Below are positions 18,218 to 27,349 of a stretch of 32,000 nucleotides of DNA, piece by piece. A program made the position numbers and the translations under genes. This DNA is from Candidatus Methanoperedens sp. (GTDB taxonomy: Archaea > Halobacteriota > Methanosarcinia > Methanosarcinales > Methanoperedenaceae), in contig JAPZAR010000022.1 in NCBI GenBank assembly GCA_027460535.1, positions 30,001-62,000 of the forward strand. The letters run 5' to 3'. The notes beneath the pieces are model-generated. The model was not told the DNA's origin. It was given only the letters and a program-made list of their open reading frames with translations, and did not search any database. Each line of letters starts with the position of its first letter. Position 1 is the first letter of the stretch.

Positions 18218-18964
18218 TTAGTTTTTCTCCACCTGCGTTTGCTTGGAGATATTTTCAATTGTACATATCATGCCGTTGAACTTCCCATCCTTGATCCGGG
18301 GAATGAACCAGCCGGAATAATATTTCGTCCCTGCCTTGGCAGAAACAAAAGGAACGGCTTCGTAAGAGAAAGGCTGTAACGTTTCCCTTGCTTTCAGATA
18401 ATATGGCTTGACAAATTTCAGAAAGTCCACATCCGTCGAGCCCACAATTTGCAATGGCGTAATCCCTATCGCCTCCATGCCTTTATTTGCATATACAATG
18501 ACATCACTGCTGTCTGTCACCCATACACCTGTGATGATGCCCTCCAGAACACTTTCGTAGAATTCTCTGCTTTTCCTTAATTGCATCTCCATATTATGTT
18601 TGTATAGAGCTATCTCAATATTGATCTTCAGTTCCCTTTCTTTGAATGGTTTGATAATATACCCAAAAGGATCTGTTATCTTTGCCCGTTCAAGGATTTT
18701 TTCATCGGAATAAGCGGTGAGATACACCACAGGGATATCGAAACGGGAATGTATCTGAGTTGCCGCTTGAATCCCGTCCATTTCGCCGCGAAGCATGATA
18801 TCCATCAGCACCAGATCCGGCCTATATTTTTCGGCTTTTTCAATAGCCTCTGGCCCATAAGACTCTATTGCAGGAACATCGTATCCTAGACTCTGTAAGC
18901 TCCTTCGTATATCTTCAGCAACAATGACTTCATCCTCAACAACAAGTATCCGAGTTTTTACCAT
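18218..18964 (-). CDS. Response regulator: CheY-like receiver plus a PAS domain, with no DNA-binding domain
   Basis: The receiver reads RILVVEDE...DLVLMDIMLRGEMDG...IIKPF. The C-terminal PAS-like region reads FYESVLEGIITGVWVTD.... The ATG abuts the stop of the kinase gene (18964/18965). Confidence 0.85.
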   Translation of the reverse strand: MVKTRILVVEDEVIVAEDIRRSLQSLGYDVPAIESYGPEAIEKAEKYRPDLVLMDIMLRGEMDGIQAATQIHSRFDIPVVYLTAYSDEKILERAKITDPFGYIIKPFKERELKINIEIALYKHNMEMQLRKSREFYESVLEGIITGVWVTDSSDVIVYANKGMEAIGITPLQIVGSTDVDFLKFVKPYYLKARETLQPFSYEAVPFVSAKAGTKYYSGWFIPRIKDGKFNGMICTIENISKQTQVEKN

Positions 18965-20764
18965 TTATTTCACATCCATGAATTTAATTTGGAATTCAGT
19001 TCCCTTGCTTCGTTCCAGATTGATTTCACCACGAAGTTGGTTTTCTGCAAGAATCGTAACCATTCGCATGCCCCAGGAGTTGGTTTTTCTAAAGTCCATT
19101 TCTGCAGGAATCCCAATACCATTATCACGCACGACCAATTCCATATTATTTTCCGCGGTTGGGTGGAGCGATATTTTAATTTCACCCTTCTTGCCGTCAG
19201 GAAACGCGTATTTCAATGAATTACTGACCAGTTCGTTGATAATCAATCCGCATGGGACAGCGGAATTGATCCCAAGCAAGACATTTTTAGCATCAATATT
19301 CATTTCAACTTGGCCTGTATTGACATCATAGGACTTAAGCAAGCCGTTCACCAGATCCGTGATATATTCATTTGCATCAATTTTAGTCAAATCGTTTGAT
19401 TGGTAGAGTTTCTCATGTATCAAAGACATGGTTGCTATCCGGTTCTGGCTCTCATTATACATATCTTTATATTTCTTCTCAGGAATATAACTGGATTGTA
19501 GCCTCAACAGGCTTGATATTATCTGCATATTGTTCTTGACCCTGTGGTGAATCTCCCTCATAAGCACTTCTTTTTCCCTGAGAGAGGCTTTCATTTGTTC
19601 TTCTGCCCGCCGCCGCTCGGTGTTATCCCTGAAGATGCCTGAGAGTCCATTCACATTCTGATTCGTGTCCCTCAGAGGCGAAATGGTCATGCTTACGTCT
19701 ATTTTGGCTCCATCTTTGCACTCAAGCAACATCTCAATACCCGTGACAGGCCCTCCGGATATTGCATTACCGACGATCTGATGGTTCTCTGCCTGCAATT
19801 TCTGATCAAACGCCAAAGGCGAGAATTTATTTCCAAGCATTTCCTCCGCCTTCCATCCAAAGAACCTCTCTGCGCTTCGATTCCATGAAGTAACTCTGTC
19901 TTGGAGATCGGTCGTTATGATTGCATCATTGGCATTATCGAACAGGTTTCTGTACCTTTCTTCAGCTTCAAGTACGCGCTTTTCACCGCTCCTGGCCAGA
20001 TTTTCATAGGGTATCTCAATAGACGACCTGAATAGACCGAGATATGAAAAATAGAAACCTGCAGCTTCAAGCAAAGCGCCTGGATAAACATAAAAGAGAT
20101 ATACTAAATAACCGGAAGCAAGAAGAACAAAACCGTATATCAGGCATATCAGGTTCTTATGCCCCGTTTCCTGAAACCTCGCATAGTATAAATAGCCGGC
20201 GTATAAAATAATTAATGAAATTATACTGAGGAAAAGAGTCTTTTCCATGGTAGGACTGCCATCAAGATGAGTCATTACAGGTATATACTCCGGATGTAAA
20301 CCGGTAATAAGTGACATGAAAGATAATACTATTACAGATGCAAAAAGAACAGATTTATTCGTTAACCATTTGAGAGTATCTTTATAGATATACGCGCTCA
20401 CAAGAAACAGGATTGCAGAGATCAGGCGAGCTTCGATCCAGAAAATTTCTGCCTTATGCGGCGAGTTGGAGGTGATGAAATCGGGCATGAATGGAAGCGA
20501 AAGAAAATAGTAAAGGTCAATGAGCCCAATAACGAAAAAAGCCCACCCCATGAAAAGGGAGTGGTTATCCTTGCTCCTGTGATACACAAACCATATCATC
20601 ACAAAGATGGAAAAAGAAAGGACAAGGGGTAATAGCTCTGTTGATATCAGGAAATAATCACGGAGTAGTCCTGGACCAACTTTGAATTCTTCAAGGAAAT
20701 ACCCAATCAAGAAAACGGACAAAATGATTGTCAATAACTTCAGACCATAGTTGGTTTTGACCAT
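18965..20764 (-). CDS. Sensor histidine kinase: about 8-TM N-terminal membrane sensor domain, PAS domain, HisKA_2-type phosphoacceptor and HATPase_c
   Basis: The N-terminal 250 aa are hydrophobic. The PAS region reads RYRNLFDNANDAIITTD.... The H-box is EIHHRVKNNMQIISSLLRLQ, the N-box INELVSNSLKYAF and the G1 box VRDNGIGIP. Confidence 0.85.
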   Translation of the reverse strand: MVKTNYGLKLLTIILSVFLIGYFLEEFKVGPGLLRDYFLISTELLPLVLSFSIFVMIWFVYHRSKDNHSLFMGWAFFVIGLIDLYYFLSLPFMPDFITSNSPHKAEIFWIEARLISAILFLVSAYIYKDTLKWLTNKSVLFASVIVLSFMSLITGLHPEYIPVMTHLDGSPTMEKTLFLSIISLIILYAGYLYYARFQETGHKNLICLIYGFVLLASGYLVYLFYVYPGALLEAAGFYFSYLGLFRSSIEIPYENLARSGEKRVLEAEERYRNLFDNANDAIITTDLQDRVTSWNRSAERFFGWKAEEMLGNKFSPLAFDQKLQAENHQIVGNAISGGPVTGIEMLLECKDGAKIDVSMTISPLRDTNQNVNGLSGIFRDNTERRRAEEQMKASLREKEVLMREIHHRVKNNMQIISSLLRLQSSYIPEKKYKDMYNESQNRIATMSLIHEKLYQSNDLTKIDANEYITDLVNGLLKSYDVNTGQVEMNIDAKNVLLGINSAVPCGLIINELVSNSLKYAFPDGKKGEIKISLHPTAENNMELVVRDNGIGIPAEMDFRKTNSWGMRMVTILAENQLRGEINLERSKGTEFQIKFMDVK

Positions 20765-21034
20765 TCGTACCCGTTACTTAAATTGTTTTAGAAGATATTT
20801 ATATTTTTCTGTTGATTTTGGCTAATGTTCTCGTTTAATTTGTTTTAATGACGCAAGCTTTACAACATCTGGCGTTATTTTTCCCAATGATGGCTGTTTA
20901 TTTATGCATCTTGATTGTCGATTTTGGTTGGCGTCTTCAAATCCTCTATCAGTAGCATAAATACCGGTGGTCATACTTCTGTAATAGCATCACAGTCACA
21001 AACTATTTCTTTTACCCTTCGGTATATAGTGCGG

Positions 21035-21841
21035 ATGATAATCGGAACCTTAGGACCTGAGGGCTCGTTCTCGGGGAAAGCAGCGAAACAATGGAATGAT
21101 GAAGCGGATTTGCGCTACTATGATGATATCCAGGACACCGTAGATGCTATCCGCCGCGGCGAAGTGGACTGCAGCGTGGTACCAGTGGAGAATTCACTGG
21201 AAGGCTCTATTGCGCTAACTCTCGATCTCCTTATGGAATGTCAGTTAAAAATAATGGGCGAGGTAATAATCCAGATAAAACATTGCCTTCTTTCGAAGGG
21301 CAGGATCAAGGATATAAAAGTCATCATGTCCATACCTCAGGCATTATCACAGTGCAGGAAGTACATCAAAAAAAATTTCAAGAATGTCGAGCTTCGCTCC
21401 GCATTGAGTACCTCGCATGCTGCAAAAATTGCTTCAGAATCAAAGGAAATAGCAGCCATTGCTTCTATGGAATCAGCCGAGATATACGGGTTAAAAATAC
21501 TGGATGAGAATATACAGGATGCAAGCGAGAACTTCACAAGGTTCATCGTTGTGGGGAAAAAGATGTCACAGGCAACAGGCAATGATAAGACATCGATAAT
21601 CGTGTATCTTGAAAAAAATAGACCGGGGGCGCTTTATGAGATACTGGGAGAATTCGCTAAAAAGGGGATAGACCTGACCAAGATCGAATCTCGCCCTACC
21701 AAAAAGAATCTTGGAGATTATCTTTTCTATATCGATATGAAAGGACATATCGATGATCGGATTATAAAGGATACCCTTGATAGGATAAAGAGTAAAACGG
21801 GGATGCTGAAGATCCTTGGCTCTTATCCTTCCGCCCAATGA
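21035..21841 (+). CDS. pheA: Prephenate dehydratase with C-terminal ACT domain
   Basis: It begins MIIGTLGPEGSFS and carries the ACT-region signature IESRPTKKNLGDYLFYIDMKGH. The ATG at 21035 is preferred over the tracked TTG at 20915, whose 40-aa extension has no family resemblance. Confidence 0.85.
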   Translation: MIIGTLGPEGSFSGKAAKQWNDEADLRYYDDIQDTVDAIRRGEVDCSVVPVENSLEGSIALTLDLLMECQLKIMGEVIIQIKHCLLSKGRIKDIKVIMSIPQALSQCRKYIKKNFKNVELRSALSTSHAAKIASESKEIAAIASMESAEIYGLKILDENIQDASENFTRFIVVGKKMSQATGNDKTSIIVYLEKNRPGALYEILGEFAKKGIDLTKIESRPTKKNLGDYLFYIDMKGHIDDRIIKDTLDRIKSKTGMLKILGSYPSAQ

Positions 21842-21899
21842 AAAGTTTTATCTCCAATTAACTCTCATAATTGAGTAGCATCTCAAAAATGAGTGGCAT

Positions 21900-22547
21900 A
21901 TGGACATACTAACTTTAAAAAAACTTGCTCTTCTCGGGGCTCATAAAAGCCCTGTGCAAATATCATCGATGGAATTTGCTTTGCATATAGATTCAAGCCC
22001 GCAAACAGCGGCAAGGAAGCTCAAAAGTCTTGAAGATGAAATGCTCATATCAAGGCAGATCCTGCATGATGGGCAGTTGATCTCAATCACAAGAACAGGC
22101 ATTGAAGCGCTGCATGGGGAATTGAATGATTACAGAACGATTTTTTCCGTGAATGAAAATAATTTATTTTTAAGCGGAAAGGTGATAACCGGGCTTGGGG
22201 AAGGGCAGTATTACATATCTCTGGAAGGATACAGGAAGCAGTTCCGCGAAAAACTGGGTTTTGATCCCTATCCGGGCACCTTGAACGTAAGACTTGACCC
22301 GGCAAGTATCGAAACTCGAAAAAGCATTAACTGCAATATCAGGATATCGGGATTCACGGACAATAACAGGACTTTCGGGCCTGGTTCCTGTTTTAATGTG
22401 AAGATCTCAGATCTCCGGGGGGCAGTAATTGTGCCTGAACGCACACATTATCCTGAAGACATAATAGAGATAATTGCGTCTGTGAAGCTCAGGGATTACT
22501 TGAATGTCAATGATGGAAATACAGTTCGAGTGGAGGTATTTAAATGA
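21900..22547 (+). CDS. ribK: CTP-dependent archaeal riboflavin kinase fused to an N-terminal winged-HTH (RbkR-type architecture)
   Basis: The C-terminal domain GKVITGLGEGQYYISLEGYRKQFREKLGFDPYPGTLNVRL matches MJ0056-type RibK. The N-terminal ~85 aa look wHTH-like (ISSMEFALHIDSSPQTAARKLKSLEDEMLISR). Confidence 0.8.
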   Translation: MDILTLKKLALLGAHKSPVQISSMEFALHIDSSPQTAARKLKSLEDEMLISRQILHDGQLISITRTGIEALHGELNDYRTIFSVNENNLFLSGKVITGLGEGQYYISLEGYRKQFREKLGFDPYPGTLNVRLDPASIETRKSINCNIRISGFTDNNRTFGPGSCFNVKISDLRGAVIVPERTHYPEDIIEIIASVKLRDYLNVNDGNTVRVEVFK

Positions 22548-23239
22548 CTCTTGAAAATGCAATTGAAGCGATCCGTCAGGGTAAGATGATACTCCTGTTC
22601 GATGATGAGGATAGGGAAGGTGAGACGGATTTAGTGATACCGGCACTTTGCGTCACACCCGCTGAGGTTGCACGCATGCGCCGTGACGGTGGCGGTCTCA
22701 TATGCGTGGCAATATACGGAAAGGCAGCTGAAAAGTTAGGCCTTCCTTTCATGTCCGAACTCCTGAAAAGCGTATCTCTGAACGGCCATAAATCACTGGG
22801 CAGCATCGTAGAAAAAAAAGGGGACATCCCCTATGATGCGCGTTCTTCTTTTTCACTGTGGGTTAATCACAGGAATACGTTCACAGGCATCACTGATAAC
22901 GATAGGGCCCTGACCATCTGTAAAATAGGCGAGACTGTACAGAGGGTCATGAACGGAGAAAATATCGATTTTGGAAAAGAGTTCAGGTCTCCGGGGCATG
23001 TTGCTTTACTGCGTGCGGCCTCAGGGCTTCTGGACGAGCGGCGAGGCCAGACCGAACTTTCAATAGGATTGGCTTTGATGGCAGGGATAAATCCTTCAAT
23101 GGTGGTATGCGAGATGCTGGATGGGAACTCTGGAAAGGCGCTGTCAAAGAAGGACGCAATAAAATACTCCATACGGCACAGGCTGCCTTTCGTTGAAGGG
23201 AAGGATGTTCTTGAGGCGTCTAATTGTATCTTATTATAG
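22544..23239 (+). CDS. ribB: 3,4-dihydroxy-2-butanone 4-phosphate synthase
   Basis: It carries GKMILLFDDEDREGETDLVIPA and GHVALLRA...RRGQTELSIGLA. It overlaps ribK by 4 nt (ATGA). Confidence 0.85.
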   Translation: MTLENAIEAIRQGKMILLFDDEDREGETDLVIPALCVTPAEVARMRRDGGGLICVAIYGKAAEKLGLPFMSELLKSVSLNGHKSLGSIVEKKGDIPYDARSSFSLWVNHRNTFTGITDNDRALTICKIGETVQRVMNGENIDFGKEFRSPGHVALLRAASGLLDERRGQTELSIGLALMAGINPSMVVCEMLDGNSGKALSKKDAIKYSIRHRLPFVEGKDVLEASNCILL

Positions 23240-23298
23240 AAGAATAAGACTTCCAGTAATGGCATGGAACACACTTATCCCCACTCTGCTTTTAAAGG

Positions 23299-23673
23299 TT
23301 ACTTGCTCAGTTCTTTCAAACGCTTGATGTTTGCCATCATAGCAGCTGACTCTTTTTTCTTCTGGGTCTCAAGATATTCGATTATCGAATCGATATTGAT
23401 CTTGAGCTGATAAATCTTGTAAGGCCTGCCTTTCCCGGGTTTTTTCTCTTCCCTTTCTGCTATCCAATCAAGTTCTTCCAGCTCGCGCATAGCAATGCTG
23501 ACTTCCGGCTGTCTTAAATCCGAGCCCATTTCAAGGTCCCGGGATGTAACTTCTTTAACGTTTTTTAAATAAGTGAGTACTTTTGCGACATTTCTCTTTA
23601 AACCGAGGTCAATCAGAGTATCAGCAAATTCTTCATCAGATTTGTCAAGAACATTAACCGAGAGACTCTTCAT
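23299..23673 (-). CDS. Small winged-HTH transcriptional regulator (ArsR/COG4738-like)
   Basis: The wHTH core reads VAKVLTYLKNVKEVTSRDLEMGSDLRQPEVSIAMRELEELDWIAEREEKKPGKGRPYKIYQL. It is divergent from ilvE. Confidence 0.6.
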   Translation of the reverse strand: MKSLSVNVLDKSDEEFADTLIDLGLKRNVAKVLTYLKNVKEVTSRDLEMGSDLRQPEVSIAMRELEELDWIAEREEKKPGKGRPYKIYQLKINIDSIIEYLETQKKKESAAMMANIKRLKELSK

Positions 23674-23838
23674 AATATTTCACCCTTCGCTTAAAATGTA
23701 TTCCTTAAATATAAATCTTGCGTTTTAATATTATATTTAAAAGAAAAGTTGTAGAATCAAAACCGGATTATTAGACGTAATGTTCAGGCAGCTTATAAAT
23801 TGTGTAGGTCCCCAATGACTAGGAATGGTCACTAATTG

Positions 23839-23892
23839 AAATGCACATGGATAGCTATCCTCCAAATGTCCGCCGTGACAAAATGTGCATTT
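23839..23892. promoter_or_regulatory. Nested palindromes in the regulator/ilvE intergenic region, candidate operator or RNA stem
   Basis: AAATGCACAT (23839-23848) is the exact reverse complement of ATGTGCATTT (23883-23892). The perfect 12-nt palindrome GGATAGCTATCC (23849-23860) abuts the left arm. A third near-copy, AAATGCATAT, lies at 23949-23958. Confidence 0.35.
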
Positions 23893-23991
23893 ATAGGAAA
23901 GATCAGTTTCTCCAATAACTCAATTCTGGCTTAGAATCGTTACCATCAAAATGCATATATCTTAGTTTTTCCTTATGTGACTGGGATTCAA

Positions 23992-24864
23992 ATGGATTTA
24001 TTGATTTATTTTAATGGAAAATTTGTGCCAAAACAGGAGGCAAGAACCTCGATATACGACCACGGTTTTTTATACGGGGATGGTGTTTTTGAAGGTATCA
24101 GGGCGTACAACGGGAAGGTATTCAGGCTTGATGGCCATCTTGACAGGATGTACGACTCCGCCAAAGCGATAGATCTGAAGATAACGCTTTCAAAAGATGA
24201 GATGAAAAAAGCGATCATAGAAACCCTGAAAAAAAATAAGCTGAAAGATGCATACATCCGCCCAATCGTAACACGCGGAGATGGCGACCTGGGACTTGAT
24301 CCCAGAAAATGTGCCACACCCAATATTTTCATAATCACACAGGAGTGGGGCGCCATGTACGGTGACCTCTATGAAAAAGGTCTAACTGCCGTCACAGTAG
24401 GTATAAGGAGAAACGCACCTGAGGCCCTCCCTCCGAACATCAAATCATTGAATTATCTGAACAATATTCTAGCCAAGATCGAAGCCAATGTAAAAGGCGG
24501 CGATGAAGCGATAATGGTCGATGTCCATGGAAATATCTCCGAAGGTTCAGGGGACAATATTTTTGTTGTGAAAAACGGCAGGATAATAACCCCTCCAGCC
24601 CTTAACAACCTTAGGGGAATAACAAGAGCGGCCGCAATAGAGCTAGCTCAAAAAGAGGGAATAGAAGTATCTGAAACCAACATGGGCCTGTTCGATATCT
24701 ATACGGCAGACGAAGTTTTCGTAACGGGCACGGCAGCTGAGATCGCCCCCGTGACTAAAATAGATGGGCGTTCAATAGGGGAAGGCAGTCCGGGCAAGAT
24801 TACCAAAAAATTGATGGCCGCATTCAAGGAACTTACAAAGAGAGAAGGTACACCGATCGCTTAG
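23992..24864 (+). CDS. ilvE: Branched-chain amino acid aminotransferase (class IV PLP enzyme)
   Basis: It carries [36 protein letters not shown] and [14 protein letters not shown]. The ATG at 23992 ([12 protein letters not shown]) is preferred over the tracked GTG at 23977. Confidence 0.9.
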   Translation: MDLLIYFNGKFVPKQEARTSIYDHGFLYGDGVFEGIRAYNGKVFRLDGHLDRMYDSAKAIDLKITLSKDEMKKAIIETLKKNKLKDAYIRPIVTRGDGDLGLDPRKCATPNIFIITQEWGAMYGDLYEKGLTAVTVGIRRNAPEALPPNIKSLNYLNNILAKIEANVKGGDEAIMVDVHGNISEGSGDNIFVVKNGRIITPPALNNLRGITRAAAIELAQKEGIEVSETNMGLFDIYTADEVFVTGTAAEIAPVTKIDGRSIGEGSPGKITKKLMAAFKELTKREGTPIA

Positions 24865-24982
24865 ATTGCTTGAATCATTTCTCGGATGGAATACGTAACA
24901 CATTTTACTGAGCATAATAATTAGAATGATGCGATAGGTTTTTGGTTATTGAGTTATATTATAAGTTTCAGAGGATATAAGA

Positions 24983-25384
24983 ATGGCAGAATCTCCAAGA
25001 GAAACTGAAAAAGGGCTTAAGCTCAAAGCCAAAATGGTGAACACAGATGACTTGAACTACACATTTCAGGTTTATCCAGTCAATGTAGACTGGACATACT
25101 CAGAGCTTGAATCCGCGTATAGAATACTTGATTTCAAGTTTAAAAACGATTCTATGCGGCAAATCGTTCGTAATGTATTATTGAAATACAAAGAGCCATA
25201 CTGCGACTCAATAAGAGTAGGGTCAAAAGAATATATCTTTGAAGTCCAAATCTCAAAAGGGATCGATACTGATAAACTCAAAGATATATTCACCCAGATA
25301 GCAAATGAATTAAAATCCGATATCTCAAGTAGCAAATCTGAATTAGAATCGGTCCAGAAATTCCTGGAAGATACCGAATTTTAA
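24983..25384 (+). CDS. Hypothetical protein (133 aa, soluble, acidic C-terminal helix)
   Basis: The ORF is clean, with an AGAGGA SD-like motif upstream and coding-like composition. I recognise no family. Confidence 0.5.
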   Translation: MAESPRETEKGLKLKAKMVNTDDLNYTFQVYPVNVDWTYSELESAYRILDFKFKNDSMRQIVRNVLLKYKEPYCDSIRVGSKEYIFEVQISKGIDTDKLKDIFTQIANELKSDISSSKSELESVQKFLEDTEF

Positions 25385-25424
25385 CTGCTTCATATATCTA
25401 TTCCATCTGGCAGAGAGAACTTAA

Positions 25425-25631
25425 TTATACCTCTCTGACCACGTGGATGTTCGAGAACGGTATATAGTGTTTCTTCCCAGCATTTTCTCCCTCGAGCGGA
25501 TAGAACACTAAATACTGGTCATTATGTTTCACTTCTATTACGTTTGCATTTGTTATCCATCGATCGAAAGTGGATTTCCCATCCTCACCGATGTATCTCC
25601 TGGATTCTATTATATATTTCCTGTCTGCCAT
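25425..25631 (-). CDS. Hypothetical small protein (68 aa)
   Basis: A strong SD (GGAGGT, 7 nt upstream of the ATG) is present. It lies 63 nt downstream of cbiQ on the same strand. I recognise no family. Confidence 0.5.
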   Translation of the reverse strand: MADRKYIIESRRYIGEDGKSTFDRWITNANVIEVKHNDQYLVFYPLEGENAGKKHYIPFSNIHVVREV

Positions 25632-25694
25632 AATCTACCTCCTCTGTTATTTTGTAGATGATTGTATTTCAATTTTATTGAAAGCAAGATAACT

Positions 25695-26522
25695 TTAGAA
25701 AAATTTTAAGACTAGATTGCCTGATATCTGCACCATTCCTATAACTCCAAGTGTCAGCAAAGAAATGAAAATATCAGCTGCGCCGATTTTTCTCTTGCCG
25801 GTATACACGTTAGCATCCGCGCTATAACCCCGGCAAAGCATGCTCTGGTATGTCCTCTCTCCTTGCTCATAAGAGCGGATGAACAGGGAACTTATTGTGT
25901 ATCCCAGTTGTTCCAGTGTCCATCTTCGCGGCACTCTTTTATTCCAGATGTCAAAACCACGTGTCTTCTGTGCGGTTCTTATCCGTCCGAGCATATTCCA
26001 GAAAACAAATAGATAGCGCACCATCATTGTAAACAGGAGCGCAATTTCCTTTGGCAACCCCAGTCGGCGTGCCGAGGAGACAAGCTCGCTCATGGATGTG
26101 GTTGAAGAAAGAAGTATTACAGCAGTTATACACACCAGGAATTTCGCGAAGATGCTTGCCCCAAAGAGCGCACCTTCCAGGCTTATTTCCAGCCCGAATG
26201 GGAGGGTGTATAGAACATGGAAATCCCTCAAGAATGGCTGCTTTATGACAAGCTGCAGGATGGCTACGCTGAAACCGAACGGCAGGGCTATTGCGAATCG
26301 AAGGGCAAGGTATGGAAAATCAAGCCTGGCTAGCAAGAGCAGCGCACCCAGATAAACCTCAATCAATCCGAGTTTCAAGAAATTTTGAGTATCTACCCTG
26401 GGGAGGGCAACTGCGTACACGATTATTGCAAGGGTAATGAAGATCTTGATCCTCCCGTCCAGCCTGTGAATGGGAGTTTTCTTGTAGGTCTCGCGCTCAA
26501 ACTCCGTGAGTGATATGTGCAT
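25695..26522 (-). CDS. cbiQ: ECF transporter transmembrane (T) component CbiQ/EcfT
   Basis: It carries PIHRLDGRIKIF near the N-terminus, has multiple TM segments and contains the conserved Arg-rich coupling helix region (ARRLGLPKEIALLFTMMVRYLF). Confidence 0.85.
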   Translation of the reverse strand: MHISLTEFERETYKKTPIHRLDGRIKIFITLAIIVYAVALPRVDTQNFLKLGLIEVYLGALLLLARLDFPYLALRFAIALPFGFSVAILQLVIKQPFLRDFHVLYTLPFGLEISLEGALFGASIFAKFLVCITAVILLSSTTSMSELVSSARRLGLPKEIALLFTMMVRYLFVFWNMLGRIRTAQKTRGFDIWNKRVPRRWTLEQLGYTISSLFIRSYEQGERTYQSMLCRGYSADANVYTGKRKIGAADIFISLLTLGVIGMVQISGNLVLKFF

Positions 26523-26523
26523 C

Positions 26524-27348
26524 CTATTTCACCATTCTGAGGAGTTCGTCCCTCGCTTCTTCAAGCGTGAACTTGATGTTCACTGGCACGCCTTCTTCCT
26601 GCAGCATTTCCATGAGCTGTGCTACAATTGGCAGACGCAGATGGGTTTTTCTTATCATTTCATCGGTTGAGAATATCTCAGCAGGAGTTCCATCGCCAAT
26701 GATTTTCCCTGAGGACATGATACACACCCTGTCGGCGAGCAATGGGACGATATCCACTTCATGTGTTGCGATGATCGTAGTTATCCCCATGTACCTGTTC
26801 ATATCGTTGATCAACCTGATCAGGCGCAAGGCACCACCCGGGTCAAGTCCTGCTGTGGGCTCATCCAGCACCAGCACTTCGGGTTGCATTGCAAGTATAC
26901 CAGCTATAGCGACCTTCTTTTTCTCACCTGTGCTCAGGTGATGCGGTGCCCTTTCCTCAAAGCCTGTCAGGCGCACGGTTTCAAGGGACTCGCGTACACG
27001 TTTTTCAATCTCATTCCCGCCTAAGCCGAGATTCATGGGGCCGAAGGCCACATCCTGCTTCACCGTCGGGGCGAATATCTGGTCATCAGGGTCCTGGAAA
27101 ACCAGACCCACAGTCCTTCGCACATCGAGGATGTTCTTGCTGTTTATCGGATCACCCTTGATCAGTACTTCACCGCTCGTTGATCTGAGTATCCCGTTGA
27201 AGTGCTTGAAAAGCGTGGATTTCCCTGCTCCGTTGGCTCCTATGATGGCAATGCGCTCTCCGCGTTTGGCGGTGAAATTGATGCAGTCAAGTGCTTTGAT
27301 CTTTCCCCTGTATACGTGGCTCAGGTCGCGTGTTTCGATAATATTCAT
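26524..27348 (-). CDS. cbiO: ECF transporter ATP-binding component CbiO/EcfA
   Basis: Walker A is GANGAGKST, the signature LSTGEKKKV, Walker B VLVLDEPTAGLD and the H-loop ATHE. Confidence 0.9.
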   Translation of the reverse strand: MNIIETRDLSHVYRGKIKALDCINFTAKRGERIAIIGANGAGKSTLFKHFNGILRSTSGEVLIKGDPINSKNILDVRRTVGLVFQDPDDQIFAPTVKQDVAFGPMNLGLGGNEIEKRVRESLETVRLTGFEERAPHHLSTGEKKKVAIAGILAMQPEVLVLDEPTAGLDPGGALRLIRLINDMNRYMGITTIIATHEVDIVPLLADRVCIMSSGKIIGDGTPAEIFSTDEMIRKTHLRLPIVAQLMEMLQEEGVPVNIKFTLEEARDELLRMVK

Positions 27349-27349
27349 G

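Noticed and set aside
20915-21034. A 40-aa N-terminal extension of pheA from a TTG start
   Set aside because: Prephenate dehydratases begin at the MIIGTLGPEGSF-type strand. The extension is not family-like, and the ATG at 21035 is the natural start.
23841-23918. A 25-aa ORF (MHMDSYPPNVRRDKMCIYRKDQFLQ) in the ilvE upstream region as a possible leader peptide
   Set aside because: It has no SD. It shows none of the Ile/Leu/Val enrichment expected of an attenuation leader. Its frame simply spans the palindromes.
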